Below the pieces are notes generated by a model. It ran no database searches and was not told the origin of the DNA. It saw only the letters and a program-made list of their open reading frames with translations. Made by a program: the position numbers and the translations under genes. Shown here in pieces: positions 25,501 through 36,375 of a DNA stretch of 61,258 nt. The stretch lies in contig NMRA01000770.1 in assembly GCA_002633005.1 (NCBI GenBank), forward strand, positions 96,163-157,420, written 5' to 3'. Position 1 is the first letter of the stretch, and every line of letters starts with the position of its first letter. The stretch is from Phoronis australis (taxonomy: Eukaryota; Animalia; Phoronida).

Positions 25501-27744
25501 CCGGCTGGTGCAAATAGTGACGGGACACCGAGGCCATGTGAGCTCATACTAATTTTGTGTTTACTGGCAGAAACTGTTGTGAAACAACTCGATTTCCATC
25601 CCACGGCCAGGTGTTAGGGGAATCTTTATTTACATTTACATTACTCAAATAATGATTGATCTGCCCTGACGGTGCTGTGGCCAAAGCGGAATCTAAATTC
25701 GCGGCCCCCTGAGATTTGCAGTTTCGTGGCTAATTCACCAACATAATCAGGTGCACATTACTTTGGCTCACTAGTATAGTATTTTCTTGACTGGAAGTTT
25801 AGTTTCCACTGAACTTTGGCTGGTTTATGTTCGTGATGTCTGATCAGTTTCCGAGCCACTGGCCGGGATAACGAGTCAATCCGGCCTGCCGCGACGGACC
25901 TGATCGGGCTCCGAGCCACTGCCGGCCAGGATAACAAGCGTTTTGTGTTTAGAACTCAAAAAATCACAAGTCTAAACAACACAGATCTAGGTTCTCCTGT
26001 CTGTATCTCACGGAAAATACTTCGAAATTATCTCCGAACAGACCCCAAACTCCTGCTACGGACCTTATTGGCCTGCCGAACTTTGTAGGCTACGGTGTGT
26101 CCAAATACCAATAAATCCGTAAGAGNNNNNNNNNNNNNNNNNNNNNNNNNNNNNNNNNNNNNNNNNNNNNNNNNNNNNNNNNNNNNNNNNNNNNNNNNNN
26201 NNNNNNNNNNNNNNNNNNNNNNNNNNNNNNNNNNNNNNNNNNNNTGTGAAACCGATGACGTCATTGGATAATTTCAACACCTCCGTCTGCCGTCAGGTGT
26301 CAGGTAACGCAACCGTACGTGTCGTTATGGAGTAGAACTACTCGATCTAAATTGATACAAATTAGGTTGTTTTTTTGGGTGGCATGCTCCTTTAAGTGTA
26401 CTATGCAAAAAATTGAATTGAAAACGTCTCTCTAGACACTTTTTAATCCCCAGTTATTACTCATACGTTAGTTCTATCCTCCTGTTGTCTAGACTGCCGA
26501 GGAATTTGTATATCGGATCCAATGGTTTGCTCGTCTTGGAACCATTCTACCCAGATATTTTCGATGTTTGTTCCCAAAGCTTGCACTTCGTCAACTGCTG
26601 TGTCAATGAGCTTGTAAGCCTCTACAATGTCAGCATCTCGGTTTGCAGCTCAGTTGGCACTAAGACCCTTGAGGTTGCCAAGTCCATTCAAAACACTTAC
26701 ATGCGCAACTAAATTTGATCCGTTCATCATGGACTACTTCAAACCTTGACGATGTATCCCAGGACCTATTTGCATCTCTTGCAATTTTCGAAATAAACGT
26801 CCCAATGTCTGAACGCTTGAAACCCGAAGTACTAACATCAAATAAATGCCCATGGGCATGAGCGCTTCATCGGGTGAGCTTTTCTGCGGAAATTCCCTGT
26901 ATAGAAGACGGCAGTGTGCTTATTGCGGGTAGAAAGACTGTAGGTGTTGAGGTCGGAACTAGGGCTCCTTAGGAGGCCTATTGAACATCGCACGAGTCTT
27001 GCAAGACTTTGTTGTGAAAGAACAGCCTCCCCGCAATTTCTGGTACTGTACACTGTTCACGAATGCTGTCACTTTGTCAATGTGAGTGCCCCCTTGATCA
27101 TTCCTTGTATAGACATAACTTGTTAAGAGTGTATCTTCAAACGGGCTCGAGACCAGACCACGGAGCCCGCCACAATAGAAATTCTTCGGAAAAAGATTTT
27201 TTTTCAAAAATATTACATGTACAGGTACACTGGATGATATTGCGCAAGACAACTTTACTATACATCAGTTACAAACGTGTGGAGTGCAATAGAATGACAC
27301 GGCATGACAGATGAGGTAAAACCGTTGCACGTCAATTCGCCTGAATGTCAGGGTTGTGGCACCGCAGTAATTCCCGTAATCAAATCAAAACATATCTTAG
27401 AGTGACGAAGCTAGTTACCTAAAGAAATCAGCTATAGAACTGCTCTTTCAGCGGTGGATCCATCTAAAATGCTTGGCTACTTCAGAAAAGTCGACGGAAG
27501 CGCAGGCACAATTGATCTCCGCGCGTTTTGCCGATGAGCCACGAAGACTCAGCAATTCATAATGCATAAAATTATATTTTCATAGAGAACCCCCCCTCAA
27601 TTTTTTCCAAGTTGGTTTACTTGGGGTTTACACACGCTAGCGGTGCCGGTTTTGTTTTGCTGAAGACGTTTTTGTTTTTTTATATTTTTGGGTCCTGGCC
27701 CAAGGGGGGGTTAAACCCCCTGAACCCCCATAGATCCGCCACTG
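22578..27744 (-). mobile_element. Decayed hAT-like element with 5-bp TSD, interrupted by the Kolobok composite
   Basis: TIRs CAGTGGTGGATCTA / TAGATCCGCCACTG; TSD ATATG; minus-strand transposase relic at about 26465-26700 (LKGLS..RDADIVEAYKLID...WF...PRQSRQQEDRTN). Confidence 0.75.
23569..26391. mobile_element. Composite Kolobok foldback element (long inverted arms around a THAP relic)
   Basis: TTAA flanks; AGGAGCATGCCACCC at both outer ends; 23569-24757 is the reverse complement of 25257-26391; inner left end at 24762; THAP relic at 24927-25160. Confidence 0.88.
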
Positions 27745-27848
27745 ATATGCACACAGTTGTATTCATGTACTTACCTATCAGGGGAAACGCGTGAAAGTTA
27801 TGCCACCCTCAAAAAGTCATATCGGTAAAGGATATTAACGGAACCTGT

Positions 27849-28087
27849 TTTTTTATTTGCAGGCGGTCTGATACACGTTGTACCAGACGTGCGCAGGCCT
27901 CGCATGTGGGCCCATTGCACCGATCACCTGGAAATATTTTTATGTTTTGTTAATATATGGTTAAAACCGAGCTGAGGAGCTAGAAACCTGGCTCAAGGGT
28001 TTAGCAGTGTGACCTGGTGGGACTTGAACCCACGACCTCGATTAAACTAAAGAAAGCGGGCACTTATCAACCAGGCCACACTGCCTA
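27849..28087 (-). mobile_element. Full-length tRNA-derived SINE
   Basis: A box TGGCCTGGTTG, B box GGTTCAAGTCC, A-rich tail, 12-bp TSD AACGGAACCTGT (27837-27848 and 28088-28099). Confidence 0.88.
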
Positions 28088-28780
28088 AACGGAACCTGTA
28101 CTTGACTCAGAGATTTGAGGACCTGAGGGTGAATTGTTTTTTGTTGTCTCTCCACCTCGGAATGCCTTGACGTCTATCGACCGACTAAAGAGAATCTTCC
28201 AGCTGGATGAATTCGCCCTTTAAATAAAATGATTGGTATAATTCGCGAAATTGACTTATTGAATTTAAAATCCAGTAAATTAGTACGCTCCGCAAAAGCT
28301 TTGCTTTACGAATTTTCTCGATTTTTCGAAATATGTGTATGATTGATTTCGTGCACGTTTTCAAGTGTGTTTAGACCACCTACTGCAATAGCGGAGACCC
28401 TATCGAGTCTGTCCTGGCCAGCGTCCTCAAAAGGTAACCCATACACTGAAGCAGAGTTGTTAAATAGTCTCTTAAATTTTCTCTCTTATCCGTATTTCGC
28501 AGTCTTTCTTTAGTTCTCGACTGTCCCCGGCACCACACCTATGTCGATTGCCACGGTTAAACCCTGACGCCTGAAAATTTTGGGGGCCCCCGTGCCCCCC
28601 CGCTTCCTACGGCCCTGTCTGACATGTATAGATATGTTAGAGAGATAGCGCGTGATTCATTTGTCTTGTGACGATTGCTTTGAAACGCGGGAAATTTCAG
28701 AGCAGTCACGGTAGTTGACGTAGCCTCCATAAATAGGAACATGACTAATGAGCTATATAAAATGTCAATGAGCTATATAG

Positions 28781-28939
28781 CACGTGACACGAAGGGTTTT
28801 GTTGATTGGCCGCTTGAAGAGCTGCAGGGGGTGTTTTCTTTCAGACGATAAATCCCGCCACATCCTCACTCGACACCACAGCGGATGGACGTGTCTTTCA
28901 AACCTGTTGGACGGCTGGGTAGATTTTCTCCATTCTCAG
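28781..28939 (+). promoter_or_regulatory. Possible promoter and non-coding first exon of the TRIM-NHL gene
   Basis: CACGTG at 28781, ATTGG (reverse CCAAT) at 28805, CAG|GTTTGT donor after 28939; the coding exon is preceded by a splice acceptor. Confidence 0.3.
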
Positions 28940-29500
28940 GTTTGTAAAACCATTTTGTAACACGTTTTGTTGTTTAACGTCTTAATTTTTTCGAAACTAA
29001 ATTGCGACGTAAAAACTGTTTAACCTCGCTTTGTGGTTTGATTGTCGGTGGACACACTACGATACTTGCCAACTAGCTCTTTGGTGGTTTGTTTCGCCAT
29101 CGTGCCGCACATTGGGATTCATGGCGAAATGCACTTATATATCACAGCGATACTCCACGCGACTCCAACAAAGTGCTATCGGGCGAGTGTGGGAGTAAAA
29201 ACAGTAAATTTCTAGCTCAATTCGGCTTGCACACTCGACTATGGTTTGGACTGCTCTTTTTGTCGTAGTGCCCCACCTCCTCAATTCGGGTATCCCGTTT
29301 TTTATTCCCGCATAATGAGCATTGCACGAGTTCACAAAAGAACTAATCTAATTCTACCGTCTCTGACTATCGGAATCAACTTATACACTGACCTCGATTC
29401 AGTGGACGATCACCCTTGCGGTTGATAATTTTAAGTCTTTCTCCGAATCAGCAGCCGCGTGTGTTTTAATGTGCTGTGCGGCTTCATATGCAAACACGCT

Positions 29501-29592
29501 GTATATATGCTTGCACACAGTATGTGCTTGCACGCAGTACATTATATGCTTGTACGTAGTATATGCTTGCGCAGTTACTGTTTGCACGCAAA
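29501..29592. repeat. Degenerate short tandem repeat (TATATGCTTGCACRCAG-like)
   Basis: About five imperfect units. Confidence 0.6.
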
Positions 29593-29962
29593 CATTATAG
29601 GCCACGTCAGTTCACCATTGGCCCATTAATTGCATGTTGTCCGAATTTTCTGACTTTTGATTGATTTGAGCATTTTTATTCCTGTTTTGGATCTTTATAC
29701 AACCATTCCCTTTTGTAGGACCACTGAAACTTTAAGGACTAACTTAAATGCTAACCCGTTGAGCCGACGGTATAACTTGGGCACCTCATTTTTACAAAAT
29801 GAAATTCGTACTTGTAGCACAATTAACAATGTTATGTTTCGTAGGATCCAGATTTGTGAACGTTACGCTTTGAATTCATATATTTTTAAAGAGTAGGACT
29901 TTGGGGGTCCCTGCTACAATGCCGTACGGACATTTTTTTTAATAAAACGTGCCCTTTGGCTT

Positions 29963-30401
29963 CAGTGGCCGGTTGCATGAAACAGTCCCAAATAGGGCCT
30001 CAACTAAGGTCCCTAAGTCTTTTTGCGTGTCTTTAAGGACTCACAGATCCAATATTTTTCTACCATTTCATCTTTATTATGAGCTCCTCTTTGGTTAATG
30101 ACATTTTCTAATAATGTAACTAAAAACTGAGCCCAGAGTTCATTGAAAATAAATAGGGACTCAGTCTTTAAATTGGGAACGTTGCCTGAAAAGATCTCTA
30201 AATATTTTCGATGATATTAACAATTCAACCTAGAGTTCACTCTCGATTTGTATCCAAGTCAAAAGTTAACTTAGTAATGAAACTAAAACAATACAAGAAA
30301 GGGCAATCGATGTTTTCACAACTTGAGACCAAAAATACGCAGTAGATTTACGGAACTTAGTTGAATCCCTATTTGGGACAGTTTCATGCAACCGGACACT
30401 G
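29963..30401. mobile_element. MITE with TIRs of about 45 bp, just upstream of the TRIM coding exon
   Basis: cagtggccggttgcatgaaacagtcccaaataggg versus ccctatttgggacagtttcatgcaaccggacactg. Confidence 0.85.
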
Positions 30402-30576
30402 GCAAAGTCTGCTATTGACGGGGGTGTTTAATGTTATTAGTTAAACTTGCAGTCGCAGAAAATTGAAGTTCCTAAACCTAACTTCAGCAGCATTGCGAGA
30501 CGTATTGTCGATTCATTGACTCATTTCGTGAAATAATAACTAAAATAATTCCACATTTCAGGTCACTGACCAGAAT

Positions 30577-30732
30577 ATGGCAATTAGCTCCAAGGACGCA
30601 GACGACATTCGAAGGCTATTAGAATGTCCCATCTGTTTAGAAAGACCGAAAACACCACGCCAACTTCCGTGTATTCACACGTTCTGTCATGAATGTTTAC
30701 AAACATTCATTGACAAACGAGGCAAAGGCGGC
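30577..30732 (+). CDS. TRIM-type E3 ligase, N-terminal RING finger (cut by an assembly N)
   Basis: MAISSKDADDIRRLLECPICLERPKTPRQLPCIHTFCHECLQ is a C3HC4 RING lacking its last Cys pair; catttcag acceptor ends at 30561, just upstream of the ATG. Confidence 0.85.
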
Positions 30733-30733
30733 N

Positions 30734-31387
30734 AACTGTAAACTAAAGTTGAAGTTACAACAAACTCGTCACAAACTGCAGACGCCGCTCGACGTGACAT
30801 GTCACAAAGATGGTCACATCTTCATCACTGACTGGGGCATTAAGGGTGTTGTCAGGTATGATGGCCGTGGTGAGGTGGTGAAGGTGTGTCGTGATGTGTA
30901 TAAAGTCTGGGGCTGTGTGACATGTCACGGTGACAGACTGGTTGTGTGTGATACACACGGGGGACGAGTACTTATAACGGATCTTAACTGTGATATTCAC
31001 CAACAGTTGGACGGCCCCACCCTGGGACTGAGTGAGTTCACACCACGATATGTGTGTATGGACAACTGTGGTCAGTTGGTGGTCAGTGAGTTTTACCCCG
31101 GTCGTGTCCATATAATAGACCCGACACGGCCGGCCGTTGTATCCACACTGACCCATCAACTGAGTGACGAGCCGTGGGGTGTGTGTGTAGACCCACACGG
31201 TCACATTCTGGTGGCAGACTATCTCAATAATCAGGTGATTTTATACAACAACGCACGTGCACACGTGATCGTGCCCCCTGGTGGTGTCCAGTATCCAACT
31301 GGTTTATGTCTCCCGGCCCCGGGTCAGGTGTCTGTAGTGGAGTTGGGTACAGGTGTGGTGAAGACATTTCAGTATTTGGAGGAATAA
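30734..31387 (+). CDS. TRIM-type protein, C-terminal NHL-repeat beta-propeller
   Basis: Repeats PLDVTCHKDGHIFITDW, PRYVCMDNCGQLVVSE, PWGVCVDPHGHILVADY, PTGLCL; stop at 31387; AATAAA at 31616-31621. Confidence 0.85.
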   Translation, partial: NCKLKLKLQQTRHKLQTPLDVTCHKDGHIFITDWGIKGVVRYDGRGEVVKVCRDVYKVWGCVTCHGDRLVVCDTHGGRVLITDLNCDIHQQLDGPTLGLSEFTPRYVCMDNCGQLVVSEFYPGRVHIIDPTRPAVVSTLTHQLSDEPWGVCVDPHGHILVADYLNNQVILYNNARAHVIVPPGGVQYPTGLCLPAPGQVSVVELGTGVVKTFQYLEE

Positions 31388-33667
31388 CGTTATGTAGTAC
31401 TGAACAACGCGAGTTTCTGTGCCATGTGTAGATATAATATGTATCATAAGTACAGTGGTATTTTAATAGCAAGAATATCTTTAGTCTGCACAATTTGATG
31501 TGTTTGTTTAAACCTTACCCTTTTATAAAATAGATGGGGCGAAGCATGAACTATTAGTTAGATGTTCGGTGGTAGTTAGTTGCGACTGGTGACAAGTGTT
31601 TAAGTTGTTTATTTTAATAAACTTGTTACACTGCTATGCTTTCGAAATTTCATGTATGTCTCAGTTTGACGTGTACATTTTGATGCGTTGTCGCGCATTT
31701 AGTGTTTAGAAAATAGTAACTTCAATGCTGATAAGTTTTGATGAGAAATTATTCAAAGAAAGTTGGTTCATAAGATTGCTCGGGGACTTGACGGAATCTG
31801 GGTATAATGAAATTCGTCTAACAAAAATGCTAGCTTTTACATTGTTAAGAAATTCATTTTTGAAACGTATTTTGATACTGGTTGCGAATCAAAAGTCGTG
31901 TTTGAAATGACATCGAAGTCGATCAATAATCACCCGATCTTAGAATTTCACTGAGCAAGTAGGCCTACCTGGTGACGGCGGCGGTCGTACTGAATAGTGT
32001 ACGCTGACGGTATTTTAAATAAATTCGTTTCACAATATTTCCATTCATTCAATAAAGCAAACGTGAACAGTATGCAGTAGGGTAAAAGAAACAAATATTC
32101 AAACACACTCGCACATGAAAATAGTACGATAGCCAAAAAGACGTAAAAACTTCCCAAAGTTTGTAAAATTCTTCTACTACTACTTTTCAGAAAATAAATA
32201 AATGAACTTTAAACTGTATGTTCTGTTTCAGATATTTTCCCAAAAATAAAATTCCTCATGAAAATTGGTGACTCGCAAGCACACGGATTTCTATTTTCAA
32301 CGGAAAGTTCTAAGGTTTCAGATTTGAGCTTCGTAGAAGGAACACGGTTCGTGGTGTTCCTAAAAAATTCGTTGTCTTAAACTTCCATCTTGTTGCGGCA
32401 CAAGTAATCTCTGCTGTACAAATTTTGAAAACGCGCGCTAATCCCGCACTAATTATGAGTGATAGCAAGACTTCACTTTTGGTAACACTGAAGCAATACG
32501 GGAGGAAAACAGAAATTTTCAATCAAGCAAGGGTAAATTCTCACAACTTTAATTATGTCAAGTTATACTTTTGTGTCTACATCAACCTTTTTTAATTCCG
32601 CCAATTTCTAAGACATCCAATCCAAGTTTTCAAAATTCATCATGTTTAAAATACCTTTGTAAATTAAAGAATCTAAGAAATGCGACAGACAAAAAACTGA
32701 CACAGGTTACAAGACTTTTCATACTATTCAAAGCTTAATTATCAAATATCAAGTTCTTACAATTCACAATGATATTTCGCAAAACCGTATTTCCCAGTAT
32801 CCATTAGCTAACAAAGCCCATAAAACTGGTCACATAACGTTCGTTGCATGAATTCCTTAACCAGTACAGCGAGAAGATTGCTGCCATCAACGGCTCAAAA
32901 AAACGCTTCAGAGTTTATTGAGGTTGACATCGCCGGCGAGTTAGGAAAATAAGGTAATGTTTAAACACTCAAAATGCATGTGCCCAAATAAGATTTTAAC
33001 GTTAACAGCCAAGCAGGATGGACACTCCGCTCTCCCTTAAATCCATTCTTATGTCCGTTCCAGTAACCCGTTATTGCGTGCAGTCCATTTCAGATCGTCG
33101 TTCCAATACTCCGATTTCCCATTTTACTGTTGTGAAATAATAATGTATTCGTGAAGGTTATGTGAGATTTTATAGTTATGTCTTTGTAGTGAGCAAATTT
33201 CCAGAACACTGTATATTTCAACTCTGTAAAAGTATGTACTTTTGAAAGTAGACAATCCGTAGAATTTGATTTTTGACTTTTTGCCAACCTGTTATTAATG
33301 TGGTCACGTGACCATGTCTTCTTAATAAAATTGAGCAAAAGAGAAAGATACATTGATTGCAACACTACGGCATCAACAACACATTTTAATTGACATAAAT
33401 TTTCAAGGTAAGGTATCAAAAACGACGTTACATTTTTCTAAAATATCATTTCGTTTTCGTTTTATGAAATTTTACAGGAACTTCCTGAAAATCCTAAAAG
33501 CCTTACTTTGATAATCCCTCGCGCGAAAGTGAAACATCTCAAAAACAATTCCTATCAGCGCTTTCTGAGACCAGTCAATAAAGCACAGTCTATGAACGTT
33601 CATGTGAATCCAAGCCCTTTCTGAAATAAGATGTTTTGGGATTAGCCAAATTTGGTGTATCGTGCTA

Positions 33668-33786
33668 CGTTGTGTTGTGTCACGCTGTATTGTGCTGTGC
33701 TGTGCTGTGCTGTGCTGTATTGTGTTGTGCTGGGTTGTGCTGTATTGTATTGTGTTGTATTGTATTGTATTGTATTGTATAGTATT
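33668..33786. repeat. Pentanucleotide microsatellite (TGTGC/TGTAT)n
   Basis: Read directly from the sequence. Confidence 0.95.
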
Positions 33787-34312
33787 GCTGTCTACTGCCA
33801 CATGAATTTCCTAACGACCCGCGTGGAGTGGATTGACGACGAACTCTTCGATGACGACGAGGCATTTTACAGACTCAGGTGTAATGGGGCGGGGGGGGCC
33901 CTAACCTCTGGGTGTTCGGTGTCTTGGGCAAAAAGAGTAAAAATGGACACAGTTATTAAGTAAATCAATAAAACAGACATGTGTTTGTAGCCAGTTTAAA
34001 GTTGCTAGACCTGAGTTTGGCGAGTGAGACGGTTTGAACTTAAATTAAATAAAGTTTCTGTTCGTGATACATCTAAATGAATCATGATCTTTGCTCCGGT
34101 TACAACGTATCCCCAAGACTGCGGATCCTTGCATTCTCTAAGTGAAATTGTCGAACATGTAAATGGTGTTGCCAGGAAAAATGTCTTACTTTTTAGCAAT
34201 AAAAATGAGCCTGTCTGTTGAAAAAATCAAAAACTTTGTGATAACTAGTACTAAAACTTTTGTCTAGTTTCATTTCCAAACGGTTCAAATATGGAAAAAG
34301 CGTGAGAATTTT

Positions 34313-34468
34313 CAGTGGCGGATTTAGAGGGGGGCCAAGGGGGCCATGGCCCCCTAAAATTCTTCAAGATTCCATTGGGAAGTTCGGGAGTGCCAATGTC
34401 TTACAGGCAAAATCCTGGCTAATACTCTGCCCTGACCCCCCTAACTCAAAATCCTGGATCCGCCCATG
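34313..34468 (+). mobile_element. MITE of the CAGTGGCGGAT family
   Basis: TIRs CAGTGGCGGAT / ATCCGCCCATG; 5-bp TSD ATTTT; inverted sister copy at 36219-36375. Confidence 0.85.
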
Positions 34469-34846
34469 ATTTTGCAACCTTAACTACACGGAGAGTTGTT
34501 TGCTGGCAAAACGAACAAAAGCGACATCTAATGAGATTTAACTCAAGACTTTGCTCTTTAAATCTTAAACATTTGGTACGCACACAAAAAGTACTGTTGT
34601 TTGGGAGACTTTGTTTTACTCGCAAAATTACACATTTGAAGTTAATATTGTATCTCAATGAAAGATACTCAATGCCTTCTGGACCCAGGGATAATATCCA
34701 TACTCGGAACTCGACTCGAATACCGACCATTGGCTTGACATGCATGGAGTAAATCTTACAGATTTAAACTCGAAGGACCCCAGATCAAGAGGCCAGGAAT
34801 CTAAGTTTCCAATGGTAACACGCAACGTTGTCAGTTCGTTGTTCGG

Positions 34847-35730
34847 TTGAAATTGCAGTCTTATGTTAAGTTATTTTACAGTTTCATTTGGGACAAGAAA
34901 CCTAACAAAATTAATAGAACTACCTTGATTCTAGAGTATTCGCTGGGAGGATGCAAAATGGTTCATCTGAGGTTATTCATCAAATCCCTTCAAATTTTGT
35001 GGTTCAGAAGATTGATGCTTAGTAGCGAGAGGGCCTAGAAGAAAATTTTAGTCTCTACAAATCGCTTACTTTCCCGCAACGTGTTTCATTTTAATAAGGC
35101 CTATTATCGAATTAGTTTTGGGGAGAAGTTTTTCGAAATGTTGGAGAATGTATTGGAATTTTCACTGTTCACAAGCCAATGAGTCCCTACGACCCAATTT
35201 GGTTCAATCCCAAAGTCTTAATTGACAAGAGGTACATATTTTATGAAGTTTGGTATGCCAAGGGCATTATACATATTTCCGATTTGTTAGATTCTAATGG
35301 TAATTTGATATCTTACGAAGACTTTTGTAATTATTGTTTATTCAAAATAAGTGGGAACACTGTCTTAATAGAGAACTTTCAGATGAATGGTGATGAACTG
35401 TCTATAGATTAAATTCTTCGTTATGGTTCCAAAGATATACTCACAGAATTCTTAGCGCAAATTGTTTCTTATATAAAATTGTTATTGGTAACTCATCACT
35501 CTGTACATTCTGTGGAAAAGACCTCGAGAATCTTTGCCAGATTTTTTTGGGAGTGCGAGGTTATACGCCAGCGTTCTTTAACTGATTATATCTTGCTTTC
35601 GCGTAAATTTAAAACAGAATTTGAACCATCGCTCATAAATGGGAACCTTCCAGTAAAAACATTGGTCTCTTCAAAGTTTTGCTTCACAGAAATGTCTCAC
35701 ACTTATGTGTTTGCACGAAGCATGTTCGTG
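34847..35730 (+). mobile_element. Tx1/L1-clade LINE ORF2 3' fragment, decayed
   Basis: FIWDKKPNKINRTTL...GG..M; PIWFNPKVLIDK..IFYEVWYAKGIIHISDLLD; FFWEC; stops and frameshifts. Confidence 0.85.
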
Positions 35731-36218
35731 TAAATTGAGCGTCCCTACTCAGTGGTTACTCGTTATCGGACACTAGCTCCCCATCAAAAATCATTAATGT
35801 CACAACACAGTAACTATCATTCCACGAGAGCATCGAAAGATCGACGCTAGGGTCGCCGACTCAGATCTTGAATATTTTTTGGATTTTTTTGACACATGCA
35901 TGCTAATTGGATATGCTCAAAATGTTTATTTAAAATTTTTAGACCATTATAGCATCATGAGTGTATTGGCCCAAAATGGCCCAATTTTTGGTCCAAAAAG
36001 GCTCAGTTAGTGATGTTGATTTAAAACGGCTTAAATAGGAATGGGAAAGGAAAAGTCTTTATATCATACTATAGACATTTAACCTCTCTATAAGAAGACA
36101 GTTTTTGAAACTTCAAAGAGTTTTCCGTTAACCTCCATTGCAGTGCCAAAATTTGGTAAATTTTACCTGAGTTTGTTTATTTGATTGTTAGTCATTTTGT
36201 GGGGTGCTGGTGATTTCC

Positions 36219-36375
36219 CAGGGGCGGATCCAGGATTTTGGCTTGGGGGGCATGGCAGATTATTAGCCAATATTTTGTCCGTCAGACATTCGCACCCCCG
36301 TACTGCCAAACTGGGTCTGGGAGAATTTTAGGGAGTGCATGGCCCCCTTGTCTCCCCTCCCTAAATCCGCTACTG
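36219..36375 (-). mobile_element. MITE of the CAGTGGCGGAT family
   Basis: CAGGGGCGGATCC / AATCCGCTACTG; 5-bp TSD TTTCC. Confidence 0.85.

Noticed and set aside
33472-33963. ORFs with NTIQY / CAVLY repeats
   Set aside because: Translations of the pentanucleotide microsatellite.
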